This document shows, piece by piece, positions 31,742 to 32,000 of a stretch of DNA of 32,000 bases. The translations under genes were made by a program, and so were the position numbers. Within the stretch, counting starts at the first letter, position 1, and each line of letters opens with the position of its first letter. The stretch comes from Nitrosomonas europaea (lineage in GTDB: Bacteria; Pseudomonadota; Gammaproteobacteria; Burkholderiales; Nitrosomonadaceae). The DNA is taken from contig NZ_FUWK01000014.1 in the NCBI RefSeq assembly GCF_900167395.1, positions 1-32,000 of the forward strand, given 5' to 3'. The notes beneath the pieces are model-generated. The model worked only from the letters and a program-made list of their open reading frames with translations, searched no databases and had not been told where the DNA came from.

Positions 31742-32000
31742 CACATCATCCGGCATGCGAGTTCACAATCGCTGCACGGGCGAACGGAGAACATCCTGCT
31801 CGCTTCATGTCCCGGTTTTAAAATGTGCAATGTGGTAAGAAACTGCACCTAAGCAGGTGCCTCATTTCTGTTTGGCCTGTACGATATCTTCTGATATACC
31901 CTGATAACTCTTTGAAAATCATACATATACACATAGAAAAAGCTCAGAGACTTCAGTAACGCTGCTGTATGCAAAGGTGGGCATGATGTAAAGGTGTCCG

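Noticed and set aside
1-32000. tRNA, rRNA, CRISPR arrays, phage or defence-system genes
   Set aside because: No T-loop GGTTCGAATCC-like motif was found in the intergenic regions. No regularly spaced direct repeats were seen beyond the two-copy 78-bp element. No nuclease, helicase or methylase-type ORFs were present.

Overview
About 50% GC. Gene content fits a betaproteobacterium and resembles ammonia-oxidising Nitrosomonas, but that assignment is inference only.

Left part (about 0-13.9 kb):
- It opens with the 3' end of an IS5-family transposase and a PEP-CTERM secreted protein carrying a sigma-54-type promoter.
- A housekeeping block follows: fbp; a truncated DoxX gene next to a yqjG-type glutathionyl-hydroquinone reductase; two CBS-pair genes; the conserved yhbY / rlmE-ftsH-folP-glmM cluster; a solitary pstS; and cysG.

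Right part (13.9-32 kb) is a metal/iron-acquisition accessory region:
- a FecI/FecR/TonB-dependent transducer set;
- a secreted BNR/Asp-box beta-propeller with a Cys cluster;
- a small XRE regulator;
- a PepSY-TM (FoxB-like) gene transcriptionally joined to an OMF-MFP-RND efflux pump;
- a second FecI/FecR pair with no receptor;
- a convergent, AT-richer cluster encoding a His-rich small protein, a HupE/UreJ transporter and a membrane-anchored beta-rich protein.

Most notable observation: a 17-bp dyad (TGCGACAATTTGTCGCA and two near-identical copies) occurs three times. Each copy is followed at a fixed 23-nt distance by a -10-like hexamer.
- Two copies precede the two FecI-type sigma genes.
- The third, on the minus strand, precedes a roughly 190-nt ORF-less unit that ends in a strong intrinsic terminator. 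This is a candidate metal-responsive sRNA or attenuator leader upstream of the His-rich/HupE cluster.

No rRNA, tRNA, CRISPR array or recognisable defence genes were seen. All functional calls rest on motif recognition by eye, and no database search was possible.
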